From Parcubacteria bacterium C7867-007 (lineage in GTDB: Bacteria; Patescibacteriota; Minisyncoccia; Phycocordibacterales; Phycocordibacteraceae), in the NCBI GenBank assembly GCA_001189195.1, contig LFCQ01000006.1:56841-120840 (forward strand): a stretch of 64,000 nucleotides of DNA. Direction: 5' to 3'. The notes under the pieces were generated by a model that searched no databases, was not told where the DNA came from, and saw only the letters and a program-made list of their open reading frames with translations. Positions within the stretch are counted from its first letter, which is position 1. The number at the start of each line of letters is the position of its first letter. A program made the translations under genes and the position numbers. Below, piece by piece: positions 18,256 to 26,890 of this stretch.

Positions 18256-18462
18256 TTAAACCTTGCTAACGTTTACTGCGTTCTTCTTTGCAGGATCGTT
18301 CTTGCTTGGAGCGATCTCGAATTCGAGAGTGTCCCCAGGGTTGAGGTCATCAATACGAACGTTTACGAGCTCGTTAGCGTGAAAGAAGAGATCTGGCTCT
18401 CCTTCGATCTTGATAAAGCCGAAGCCTTTTGGATTAATTCCTGCGATAGTTCCTGTTTGCAT
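18256..18462 (-). CDS. Cold-shock domain protein
   Basis: KGFGFI (RNP1), DLFFH (RNP2), A.NV. Confidence 0.9.
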   Translation of the reverse strand: MQTGTIAGINPKGFGFIKIEGEPDLFFHANELVNVRIDDLNPGDTLEFEIAPSKNDPAKKNAVNVSKV

Positions 18463-18638
18463 AATATGTATGAGCGATGCACCTGATAACAATCAAGTGC
18501 AGGAGGTTCAACTCGACGAGTTAGACTCATACCGATACTGCCCAGCGCTGCGATTGATATTCCCAATTTACCATTTCAGAGATCGATTGTCAATTTAGGG
18601 TCGTACTCCAGTCTTTGTTTTGCTATAGTGTGCACATT

Positions 18639-19526
18639 ATGACCTATCAGGTGCTGCTTTTCTATAAGTACATAACCATTGAAGATCCAGCAGCTCTGGC
18701 GGATCATGTGCGTTCCCTTGCGCAGAAACATTCACTTCTTGGTCGTGCACTTATTGCAGAAGAAGGTATCAATGCCACTTTTGAGGGAGAGGTCTCAGCT
18801 ACCGAGGCATTCGCTGCAGAGTTTCTCACAGACCCACGTTTTGCAGACATGCAGATAAAGCGGAGCGAAGGGGATGGTGCTGCTTTCCCAAAGCTTGCGG
18901 TGAAGGTACGTGAGCAAATCGTAGGAACACGTTTTTCAAAGGAGAAAGCAGATCCTCGTGTACAGACTGCACCACGTATTCAGCCTGAAGAACTTAAACG
19001 GTGGTTTGAAGAAGCAGAGGACTTCACTATCATTGATATGCGCAACGACTACGAGTATCGTTCCGGTCATTTTAAGGGATCGATAAACCCTGAGCTTGAG
19101 AATTCACGTGATCTTCCCGATGCGATGCCAAAACTCATGCCACTTAAAGAAAAGAAAGTCCTCACCGTGTGTACCGGGGGAGTACGCTGTGAATCAATGA
19201 GCGCATACCTTATGAGTGAAGGCTTCACTGATGTGTATCAGCTTGAGAATGGGATGCATGGCTATATGGAGAAGTACCCTGGAGAGGATTTCCTAGGAAC
19301 GCTCTATACTTTTGATCGTCGCAAGGTGATGGACTTCGGTGGTGAGAGAGAAGTGATTGGTACTTGTCATCGTTGCCAGGGGAAAACAGAGAAGTATACA
19401 AACTGTGCAAATGATCTGTGTCACCTACATTTCCTGGTGTGTGACGATTGTTCCCGCGAGGACGGAACGTATTGTTCTGAGAGCTGTGAGAAGATGCTTT
19501 CATCAGCTGGAAAACTCGAGTCTTAG
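18639..19526 (+). CDS. trhO: Rhodanese-related tRNA uridine(34) hydroxylase (TrhO/YceA family)
   Basis: LLFYKY, GR.LIA.EGIN, D.RNDYE..GHF, CTGGVRCE, C-terminal Cys cluster. Confidence 0.88.
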   Translation: MTYQVLLFYKYITIEDPAALADHVRSLAQKHSLLGRALIAEEGINATFEGEVSATEAFAAEFLTDPRFADMQIKRSEGDGAAFPKLAVKVREQIVGTRFSKEKADPRVQTAPRIQPEELKRWFEEAEDFTIIDMRNDYEYRSGHFKGSINPELENSRDLPDAMPKLMPLKEKKVLTVCTGGVRCESMSAYLMSEGFTDVYQLENGMHGYMEKYPGEDFLGTLYTFDRRKVMDFGGEREVIGTCHRCQGKTEKYTNCANDLCHLHFLVCDDCSREDGTYCSESCEKMLSSAGKLES

Positions 19527-19555
19527 CCCTTTAGCAAGTATGTTAGTCTGAAAAT

Positions 19556-20101
19556 ATGAAAAGGGTATTTATAGTACTCATAGCCTCTCTACTACTTTTA
19601 GTACTCGGTTTCTTTGTTATTAGCTCGTATATCTACAATAAGAAGCAGGATCCGAGTGAGTCTTCAGGGAACACCTCATTATCTGAGGGGTGCCCTTATG
19701 GAGATTACTACACTCTTACAAAAGGGAATGAAGAGTATAAAAACAGCAAGCGGGGCTACAGTCTTGTGTTGCCAAAGGATTATTATTTTCCTACAAATGA
19801 AGAGAACGAGAACGAATCAGACCCGCACTTCTACGATTGCGTAGCAGGAATTGGCTTTGAGTTACAAGACGGTACACGCTCATTTGAAGAGCTTAGCGCA
19901 AGGCAGGATACAGAAACAATAATCACTACCTCTGTATTTCCGGGAGCAACAATATCAGGTGGTAAATACACAGGAGATTATACGAAAGGATGGGATTATA
20001 TCTACACAGTTGTATATTCAAACGAAAAGAGAGGCTTTGTTTTTGCATCAAATCGTCCAATTAGTGAGTATGTCTTTTTAAGTACATTCAAGATTTTCTA
20101 A
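19556..20101 (+). CDS. Hypothetical membrane-anchored protein
   Basis: N-terminal TM; lower GC; followed by a cassette-type repeat. Confidence 0.75.
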   Translation: MKRVFIVLIASLLLLVLGFFVISSYIYNKKQDPSESSGNTSLSEGCPYGDYYTLTKGNEEYKNSKRGYSLVLPKDYYFPTNEENENESDPHFYDCVAGIGFELQDGTRSFEELSARQDTETIITTSVFPGATISGGKYTGDYTKGWDYIYTVVYSNEKRGFVFASNRPISEYVFLSTFKIF

Positions 20102-20109
20102 ATTAATCT

Positions 20110-20137
20110 AGTTCCCACTTCGTACAAAACCTCAAGC
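20110..20137 (+). repeat. Degenerate, distal copy of the cassette junction repeat
   Basis: AGTTCCCACTTCGTACAAAACCTCAAGC. Confidence 0.65.
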
Positions 20138-20148
20138 TTAACTAACCT

Positions 20149-20925
20149 CTAATACAAAACAAGGAAGAAAAATACTCCCGCAAGCACGATACGATACACA
20201 CCAAACGGTATAAAGGTATATCGTTTAATAAAGCTGAGGAAGAGACGGAGTACTAACAGTGCGGTGATAAAGGCGGTGACCATTCCGATTGCAAGAACAC
20301 CAATGTCTGCATCCACAAATGATTCGTAATTCTTAAGCAGATCGTAACTAGTTGCAGCACCCATCGTTGGTACCGCAAGAAGGAAAGAGAACTCAACGAT
20401 CGCGGTACGACGAATACCCAGAAGCAAGCCACCCATAATAGTTGCTGCAGAACGTGATACCCCGGGGATCACTGCAATGGACTGGAAGAGTCCAACCAGG
20501 AATGCTTTCCTATACGGAATAGTTGCAAAGGAATCTGTTTCAGTTGGTTGCACAGGTTCCTTGTGCAAGAGTTCAAATATAATGAGCAGAATACCTCCAA
20601 CAAACAATGCGATAACCACGGTGAGTTCGCTCTTGAGGAGCACATCTTTAATGAGCGGGTAGAGTGTGAACCCAATAACTGCAGTGGGGAGGAAGGCAAC
20701 GAAGAGTCGTTTCAAGACCTCAATGTTTAGGAAGGATTTCCAATACGTAATAAGCACTGCAGCAATAGCGCCAAACTGAATGGCAATAATAAAACTAGTG
20801 AGGAAGGCAGAGTCTGGAATCGCTAGGAGATCACTGGCTAGAATAAGGTGCCCTGTTGAAGAAATGGGGAGGAACTCAGCAGCTCCCTCCAAAAGACCAA
20901 GGATTATAGCGTCTAAGGCAGTCAT
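20149..20925 (-). CDS. uppP: Undecaprenyl-diphosphatase
   Basis: EFLPISSTGHL and PGVSRS motifs. Confidence 0.96.
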   Translation of the reverse strand: MTALDAIILGLLEGAAEFLPISSTGHLILASDLLAIPDSAFLTSFIIAIQFGAIAAVLITYWKSFLNIEVLKRLFVAFLPTAVIGFTLYPLIKDVLLKSELTVVIALFVGGILLIIFELLHKEPVQPTETDSFATIPYRKAFLVGLFQSIAVIPGVSRSAATIMGGLLLGIRRTAIVEFSFLLAVPTMGAATSYDLLKNYESFVDADIGVLAIGMVTAFITALLVLRLFLSFIKRYTFIPFGVYRIVLAGVFFFLVLY

Positions 20926-20972
20926 GCACCCATTCTAATCTATCCTTCAGGATCTGTTGCTATACTTTACGT

Positions 20973-21368
20973 ATGAAAGGATATGTTGGAAATATAGAGC
21001 AATTGAGCCTAGAGAACGAACTCTTCAGAAAGGTACTGTATACCTCAAAGCACCTGCAGCTCGTACTTATGAGTATTCCAGTAGGGGAGGAGATTGGGTC
21101 AGAGACCCATGAGCTAGACCAGTTTATACGTATAGAGGAAGGAGAGGGGCAAGCAGTCCTTAATGGAGTTGAACATCCACTTGAGGATGGTAGTGCGGTG
21201 GTAATTCCTGCAGGTGTGCTGCACAACATCATCAACACCTCTTCTGACGCACCCCTTAAACTCTACTCACTATATGGTCCTCCCGAACATAAGGATGGAA
21301 TCATTCATGCAACCAAAGAAGAAGCTGAAGCACACGAAGAGCATTTTGATGGAGTCACCAGCGAGTAA
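20973..21368 (+). CDS. Cupin domain protein
   Basis: QLVLMSI..GEEIG.ETH..DQF, PAG..HN, LY.PP.H. Confidence 0.9.
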   Translation: MKGYVGNIEQLSLENELFRKVLYTSKHLQLVLMSIPVGEEIGSETHELDQFIRIEEGEGQAVLNGVEHPLEDGSAVVIPAGVLHNIINTSSDAPLKLYSLYGPPEHKDGIIHATKEEAEAHEEHFDGVTSE

Positions 21369-21612
21369 TTCATACTTTGTATACATACTGGAGTGCGCAG
21401 ATGGAACTCTCTATACCGGGAGTACGAATGATATAGAGCGAAGAATGAAAGCACACAATGGTGATGGACCAGGTGGCGCACGGTATACCCGTGGGAGACG
21501 ACCGGTGGTGCTTAGGTATCAAGAGGTATGTGACGGACGCGGCGTTGCACTTACTCGTGAGCATGAGCTGAAGCAATTGAGCCGTATACAGAAGCTTGCC
21601 TTGTGTAAATAA
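21349..21612 (+). CDS. GIY-YIG nuclease family protein (UPF0213)
   Basis: YFVYILECADGTLYTG.T.D..RR...HN, GARYTRGRRPV; start uncertain. Confidence 0.88.
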   Translation: MESPASNSYFVYILECADGTLYTGSTNDIERRMKAHNGDGPGGARYTRGRRPVVLRYQEVCDGRGVALTREHELKQLSRIQKLALCK

Positions 21613-21697
21613 CTTCAGCATTTCTTTATCTTCTCCTTACGCTCCTCATATCACCCTGTGCGTATAGTACGTGGGTTCCTACTATATACTTTCACTT

Positions 21698-22432
21698 ATG
21701 GAACAAACCTACGTAATGACCAATCATGATCTACTCCTTGATGGTAGCGGGAAGCGCTATGAGCTTCGTGTACGTGACTTGCCGCAAGAAGAGAAACCAC
21801 GTGAGCGCCTTAGTGCGGAAGGTCCTGCTGCACTTTCCGTGCAAGAACTTCTTGCGATAGTGCTCACCACAGGAACGAAGAAAGAAGAAGTTCTTTCTAT
21901 GGCAACACGCATTGTTAATGAGTATGGAGATCGTAATGCTCTTATGGCAAGCGATGCCAAAGTACTTGCTGCGGATCTCGACATACCGCTAGTGAAAGCG
22001 ATGCAGATTGTTGCGGTAGGGGAACTCGGGCGCCGCTTCTTCCGAAAGCAGAAGAATGGAGCTGCAATAATCCGTACCGCTCGTGATGTATATGACTACA
22101 CCGTGGATATGCGTACCCTGCCAAAGGAACATCTGCGCGGCCTATACTTGGATGCACACTATCAGGTGATTCATGACGAGACACTATCTATTGGAACAAT
22201 CGATGCAAACCTGATTCACCCACGTGAAGTGTTTCGCCCAGCACTCGCACATGCGGCAGCTGCAGTAGTACTCGTTCACAATCATCCCTCAGGTGTTGTT
22301 ACGCCAAGCGAAGCAGATTGTATGGTCACTCAACAAATTGCTGCAGCAGGAAGAATTCTTGGAATTGAACTTGTGGACCACGTTGTTATTACGGAGGATA
22401 CCTTTACCAGCATATCTACTGAATTCTCATGA
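21698..22432 (+). CDS. radC: RadC-family JAB domain protein
   Basis: PRERL...G..ALS..ELLAI, HPREVF, HNHPSG..PS..D, DHV. Confidence 0.93.
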   Translation: MEQTYVMTNHDLLLDGSGKRYELRVRDLPQEEKPRERLSAEGPAALSVQELLAIVLTTGTKKEEVLSMATRIVNEYGDRNALMASDAKVLAADLDIPLVKAMQIVAVGELGRRFFRKQKNGAAIIRTARDVYDYTVDMRTLPKEHLRGLYLDAHYQVIHDETLSIGTIDANLIHPREVFRPALAHAAAAVVLVHNHPSGVVTPSEADCMVTQQIAAAGRILGIELVDHVVITEDTFTSISTEFS

Positions 22433-22722
22433 AGACTCTTCAAACACAGTCTCGTACCTATCACCGGGGTTTGTATTCTCAGGCATCCGTTACAGCACTG
22501 TATCCAAGTACCCACCTCTTCATTCATGATCGCGGAGTATGGGAAACCTTTGATCGCACAGATCTCACCAACTATCTATTTGATGGCGCAAGCAAAGCCG
22601 CAGCACAGATAGAACGCATTGCGTATCTGGACCAGCCATACACCAAGCAGGATGAGGAGAATCTTGCTTTCATGGTGGAAGCTCTGTTGTACGCTCGTGG
22701 TGTTGCAGACGAAGTCAAGTGA
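22429..22722 (+). CDS. Hypothetical protein
   Basis: ATGA overlap with the radC stop. Confidence 0.6.
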   Translation: MKTLQTQSRTYHRGLYSQASVTALYPSTHLFIHDRGVWETFDRTDLTNYLFDGASKAAAQIERIAYLDQPYTKQDEENLAFMVEALLYARGVADEVK

Positions 22723-22764
22723 TTAGTGATGTGATAAAAGAGACCTATCACTGATAGGTCTCTT

Positions 22765-23433
22765 TTATTCTTCCATCCGGTATCCACGTCCAGGAACGGT
22801 ATAGATAAGCTTCTTCCATTCTGGTCTTTCAATCTTCTTTCGAAGACTCAACATGTGTGACTCAATGGTGTTAGAGAATGGATCACTCGTCATGTCCCAC
22901 ACGTGCTCCATGATCATAGATCGTGAGAGTACGCTGCCCCGGTTACGCATCAGGTACTCAAGCAGCATGTATTCCTTCTTCGTAAGGTGAATCTGTATTT
23001 CACTGCGGCGTACCACTTGCTTCTTGGTGTCGAGCGAAAGGGTATCAACGGCAAGAAGATCTCCTTCCATTACGTGCGGCCTACGCAGAAGTGCACGTAT
23101 GCGTGCCATAACTTCTTCAAAGGAGAATGGTTTAATCATGTAGTCGTCTGCACCTGCGTTTAGGAGTTCAACCTTTCTCCAAGAATCAGAGAGTACTGAA
23201 AGTACGAGTATAGGGGTAGTTCGTCCGGTGCGGCGAATATCCTCGCAGACCGCGTACCCATTCTTCTCAGGAAGCATATTGTCTAGGATGATGATGTCGT
23301 ACGCATTAGTGCGTGCGAGGTACGAACCTTGTGTGCCATCGTCTGCAGTGTCAACGACAAATGCCCGAGCACGTAGGTTCTCCGCCAGAGCTTCACGAAT
23401 ATCTGGCTCGTCTTCAATCACCAGTGCGCGCAT
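22765..23433 (-). CDS. OmpR-family response regulator
   Basis: LVIED, LD.MLP, GADDY..KPF, LTKKEY.LL, TVPGRGY. Confidence 0.95.
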   Translation of the reverse strand: MRALVIEDEPDIREALAENLRARAFVVDTADDGTQGSYLARTNAYDIIILDNMLPEKNGYAVCEDIRRTGRTTPILVLSVLSDSWRKVELLNAGADDYMIKPFSFEEVMARIRALLRRPHVMEGDLLAVDTLSLDTKKQVVRRSEIQIHLTKKEYMLLEYLMRNRGSVLSRSMIMEHVWDMTSDPFSNTIESHMLSLRKKIERPEWKKLIYTVPGRGYRMEE

Positions 23434-23581
23434 ATATGTTCATCGTACCAATGCAATTCTTGGAGGTGGCCTTATCGAATAGAAATCGGGGAAAACAAGA
23501 AGCCGGTATGCCTTCAAAAGAGGCATACCGGCTTCTTACGTTGATTTCCTTCACTCAAATATGAAGAAAATCTAGAGGCTT

Positions 23582-23929
23582 CTAGAAGTCTTTTCCGTTT
23601 AATTTGGTAGGGGAGAGGGAATCTATATCAACACTTTCAACACAACGGAGATTGATACCACACATTGCGGTTCCTTCTGGACCATTTCCGTACGCATATG
23701 GCTGCACACCACAAACACTGCAGAACTGATGGTGGATACTTTTCTTATTAAAGAGATATTCCGTGAGAGGTGCTTCTGGAGTCAGGAGAGTGAAGTTATC
23801 CTTTGGTACAAATACCAGTATCAATCCCTTCATCTGGCAGTGTGAACAATTACAAGAAACCGCCGTTGATAGGTCTGCTTCGGCCTCAAACTTAACCGCC
23901 CCGCAATGACATGCTCCGTTGTACTTCAT
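23582..23929 (-). CDS. GFA-family (CENP-V/glutathione-dependent formaldehyde-activating) protein
   Basis: G.CHCGAV, CNCS.C, FC..CG. Confidence 0.9.
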   Translation of the reverse strand: MKYNGACHCGAVKFEAEADLSTAVSCNCSHCQMKGLILVFVPKDNFTLLTPEAPLTEYLFNKKSIHHQFCSVCGVQPYAYGNGPEGTAMCGINLRCVESVDIDSLSPTKLNGKDF

Positions 23930-24009
23930 GAAGGCAGTGTACCACCTCAAAGATAAGAAAGTAGCCCCACTCTGGGGAGCGAGGCTACTGTGCTTGGACG
24001 ACCTTCGCA

Positions 24010-24687
24010 TTACGCGAAGGGTAAGAGTCCGTTCAATTCCATGATCGACTGACGGGCTTGTTCTGTGTGTACACCGGTGTCGCGTAGATGTTCCAAGTTG
24101 CGAACTCCCCAAGTTAGGGCAGCTCGGCTTTTCTGTGCCCGCGCACGCTTGGCAATGAACGTTACTGCCTCAGGGATCTCGACGGCTGTAACTACTGCCA
24201 ACCCGTCCACACAGGCAAGCTTCACCGCAGCAGACCTTCCATCCACTACATAGATGAAAGTATCCTCGGGTATTTCATACATCTGCTGCCGTTGAGGAGA
24301 GCCATTTTTCCCTGCTTGCCTGAACGGCTGTATCTCTCCGTCACCGCCTGGCCGAAGTGTCAAACCTTCTGCAAGAGGCTCTATTCCTTCGAATAGAAGA
24401 TTTTCACTGCGTATGTGAAGAATCAGACTCCTCACTTCATCTGATGCATGTACCAGTCGTTCGCCGTTACTCAAAGTGTCTTTAAGTCTTGCGCGCATAA
24501 CTCGTCCACCCAGCATGCCAGGATAACCATGAATATCGCGTCGATTTCCGAGGAGCACTCTGCAGTCAGGTGCCAGAACTACTGCCGGAGGACCTTCATT
24601 CATGACTGCGCCTATGCCGGATTCCATAGGGACTCCATTCGTAAAGCGGTACCCGGCAGCGATTGTGAGACAGTTAGCAAGGGGCAT
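24010..24687 (-). CDS. Hypothetical protein
   Basis: Long ORF; start MPLANC after GGAGG SD. Confidence 0.65.
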   Translation of the reverse strand: MPLANCLTIAAGYRFTNGVPMESGIGAVMNEGPPAVVLAPDCRVLLGNRRDIHGYPGMLGGRVMRARLKDTLSNGERLVHASDEVRSLILHIRSENLLFEGIEPLAEGLTLRPGGDGEIQPFRQAGKNGSPQRQQMYEIPEDTFIYVVDGRSAAVKLACVDGLAVVTAVEIPEAVTFIAKRARAQKSRAALTWGVRNLEHLRDTGVHTEQARQSIMELNGLLPFA

Positions 24688-24787
24688 GTCTGCCTCCCAT
24701 TCAAGAGCGCTTCCACAATTAGGAATTGCATTAGTAATACGACAGGGGAGATAGGGAGTCAATTTCAGTCCTGTACACAGGCTACTG

Positions 24788-24817
24788 TTGACGTTCGAAC
24801 AATTGTTCGACTATACT
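24788..24817 (+). promoter_or_regulatory. lexA promoter with an SOS-box-like operator CGAAC-AATT-GTTCG (24796-24809)
   Basis: TTGACG...TATACT flank a perfect palindrome matching the Gram-positive CGAAC-N4-GTTCG box. Confidence 0.8.
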
Positions 24818-24823
24818 GTTTCT

Positions 24824-25390
24824 ATGGAAATGAGCCGACACAGGAAGGTATTGTCCTTCTATAAGAAACATAAGCGTATGCCCTCTATAACGGAGATTAT
24901 GGCTATATTTGGCCTCTCTTCACGCAGTAGCGGGTTCTATGTAACAAACCAGTTAGTGCGCGAAGGTATTGCAGAGAAGGATAGTACCGGAAAGCTCATT
25001 CCTGGCCCGGACCTATTTACGCTTCCGGTACTCGGTCACATTCGTGCCGGATTTGCTGCACCTGCAGAAGAAGAACTTGCAGACACTATTACCATCGGTG
25101 ATTACCTCCTAGGACGACCTGAAGCGAGCTACCTACTAAAAGTGGAAGGTGACTCCATGCAAGATGCCGGTATACAGGAAGGAGACATGGTGGTGTTTGA
25201 GCGCACCAATGATTACAAACCAGGGGACATTGTTGTTGCTCTCACAGAAGATGGATACACCCTCAAGTATCTGCGCAAGAAACCGAATGGATATTATCTG
25301 GAGGCAGCTAACGATAAGTATCCAGATATACATCCGCGAGAAGGTTCTATTATTGGTGTCGTCGTATCAACATTTCGTACCTATGGCTAA
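24824..25390 (+). CDS. lexA: LexA-family repressor / S24 peptidase
   Basis: MPS..EI wHTH, I.AG cleavage site, V.GDSM catalytic Ser, TLK catalytic Lys. Confidence 0.88.
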   Translation: MEMSRHRKVLSFYKKHKRMPSITEIMAIFGLSSRSSGFYVTNQLVREGIAEKDSTGKLIPGPDLFTLPVLGHIRAGFAAPAEEELADTITIGDYLLGRPEASYLLKVEGDSMQDAGIQEGDMVVFERTNDYKPGDIVVALTEDGYTLKYLRKKPNGYYLEAANDKYPDIHPREGSIIGVVVSTFRTYG

Positions 25391-25580
25391 ACTCTCTACC
25401 TTCGATCCGTTCTTCAGCATGTATCTACGTACACCCGCGCGTCATACCACTACACGCCACACATCACAGTTTGCATCCTTCACAGAACGGGAACGGCGAT
25501 ACCTCTCTCCTAAACGTATGATCCCACTATCTCTGCGTTCTGAACGTGTGTCCGCACGTCAATCAGTGGTTCATGAGTGA
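25383..25580 (+). CDS. Small basic hypothetical protein between lexA and the Y-family polymerase
   Basis: 65 aa; overlaps the lexA stop and the polymerase start. Confidence 0.45.
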   Translation: MAKLSTFDPFFSMYLRTPARHTTTRHTSQFASFTERERRYLSPKRMIPLSLRSERVSARQSVVHE

Positions 25581-26886
25581 TCTGCTTTCAACACGATCCT
25601 TTCCACGCGCAATCGTACACTTTGATGGTGACTCCTTCTTTGCATCAGTAGAGCAAATCATGAATCATGAGTTGCGTGGCAAGCCGGTAATCACCGGTGG
25701 AGAGCGTGGCGCTGCGACATCTCTTTCGTATGAAGCAAAGCGTATGGGTGCACATCGCGGTATGACAATGCGTGAAATTAAAAAGATATGTCCAGACGCA
25801 ATCATTGTTGCTTCGGACTATCTTTCATATTCCATATATGCACGACGCATGTATACGATCGTTCGTTCCTTCACACCCGATGTGGAGGAATACAGTATTG
25901 ATGAATGTTTTGCAGACATAACCGGACTCAGACAGAAATACCGTATGTCCTATGCACGCATCACACAAATGATTCAGGAGAAGCTCCATGCAGATCTTGG
26001 TATCACCTTTAGTGCAGGACTCGGTCCCAACAAGAGTCTTGCAAAGATTGCGTCAAAACATCGTAAACCAGCAGGCTTCACCTCTATTCCTGCAAAAGAA
26101 GCACATCTGTTTCTTAAAGATCTTCCCATAAGCAATATCTGGGGCATGGGAGGAAGTACCAGCTTGTATCTAGAGAAGTTGGGGGTACGCACTGCACTCG
26201 AGTTTGCACAAAAGGATGAGTACTGGCTTGCAACAAATAAGATTAGCAAGCCGTATCGTGATATATGGCTTGAGATGCGAGGCTCTTTTGTTAAGAAGCT
26301 GAACACTGAGACCGATGATTCAATTGGCTCAATCATGAAGACACAAACCTTCACACCCCCTTCGAGTGATCGTGCGTATGTACTCTCACAGCTTGCTCGA
26401 AACATAGAGGGTGCCTGTGCAAAAGCACGCAGGCATCAAGTAAGAGCACGGTCGGCATCATTCTACTTAAAGACACAAGATTTCACCTATGGTGGTCTTT
26501 CTATAGAGCTTTCAGTGCCGCTTGCAGATCCACGAGAATTCCAGAGACTCGTAGAAATAGAGTTCGATCGTGTATTTGAACCAGGAACACTCTATCGTGC
26601 CACGGGATTCACTCTTCGATCCATCACTGCAGAGTATGCAGCCACAAACGATCTGTTCGGAGACATAGAGCGCGCACAGACTAAGGAACGTATTCTAGAA
26701 ACAGTAGATGGGCTTAATCATAAATTCGGAAATGGTACCGTGCATTTCGCCTCCAGCTTCACTGCGCGTAAAGAGGGCGAGGAGCGTGCAAAAGAAAGGG
26801 CACGTAAAGCTCGTCCAAAGATTGGACTCTCTGTTGAGAAGAAACGAAAGTCTCTCAACATCCCATACCTAGGTATTGTTCGGTAG
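25573..26886 (+). CDS. dinB: Y-family DNA polymerase (DinB/UmuC-like)
   Basis: H.D.DSFFASVE, SYEAK, YSIDE.F.D, LAK.AS...KP; UmuC-like tail (D.LN.KFG). Confidence 0.88.
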   Translation: MSDLLSTRSFPRAIVHFDGDSFFASVEQIMNHELRGKPVITGGERGAATSLSYEAKRMGAHRGMTMREIKKICPDAIIVASDYLSYSIYARRMYTIVRSFTPDVEEYSIDECFADITGLRQKYRMSYARITQMIQEKLHADLGITFSAGLGPNKSLAKIASKHRKPAGFTSIPAKEAHLFLKDLPISNIWGMGGSTSLYLEKLGVRTALEFAQKDEYWLATNKISKPYRDIWLEMRGSFVKKLNTETDDSIGSIMKTQTFTPPSSDRAYVLSQLARNIEGACAKARRHQVRARSASFYLKTQDFTYGGLSIELSVPLADPREFQRLVEIEFDRVFEPGTLYRATGFTLRSITAEYAATNDLFGDIERAQTKERILETVDGLNHKFGNGTVHFASSFTARKEGEERAKERARKARPKIGLSVEKKRKSLNIPYLGIVR

Positions 26887-26890
26887 TGCG

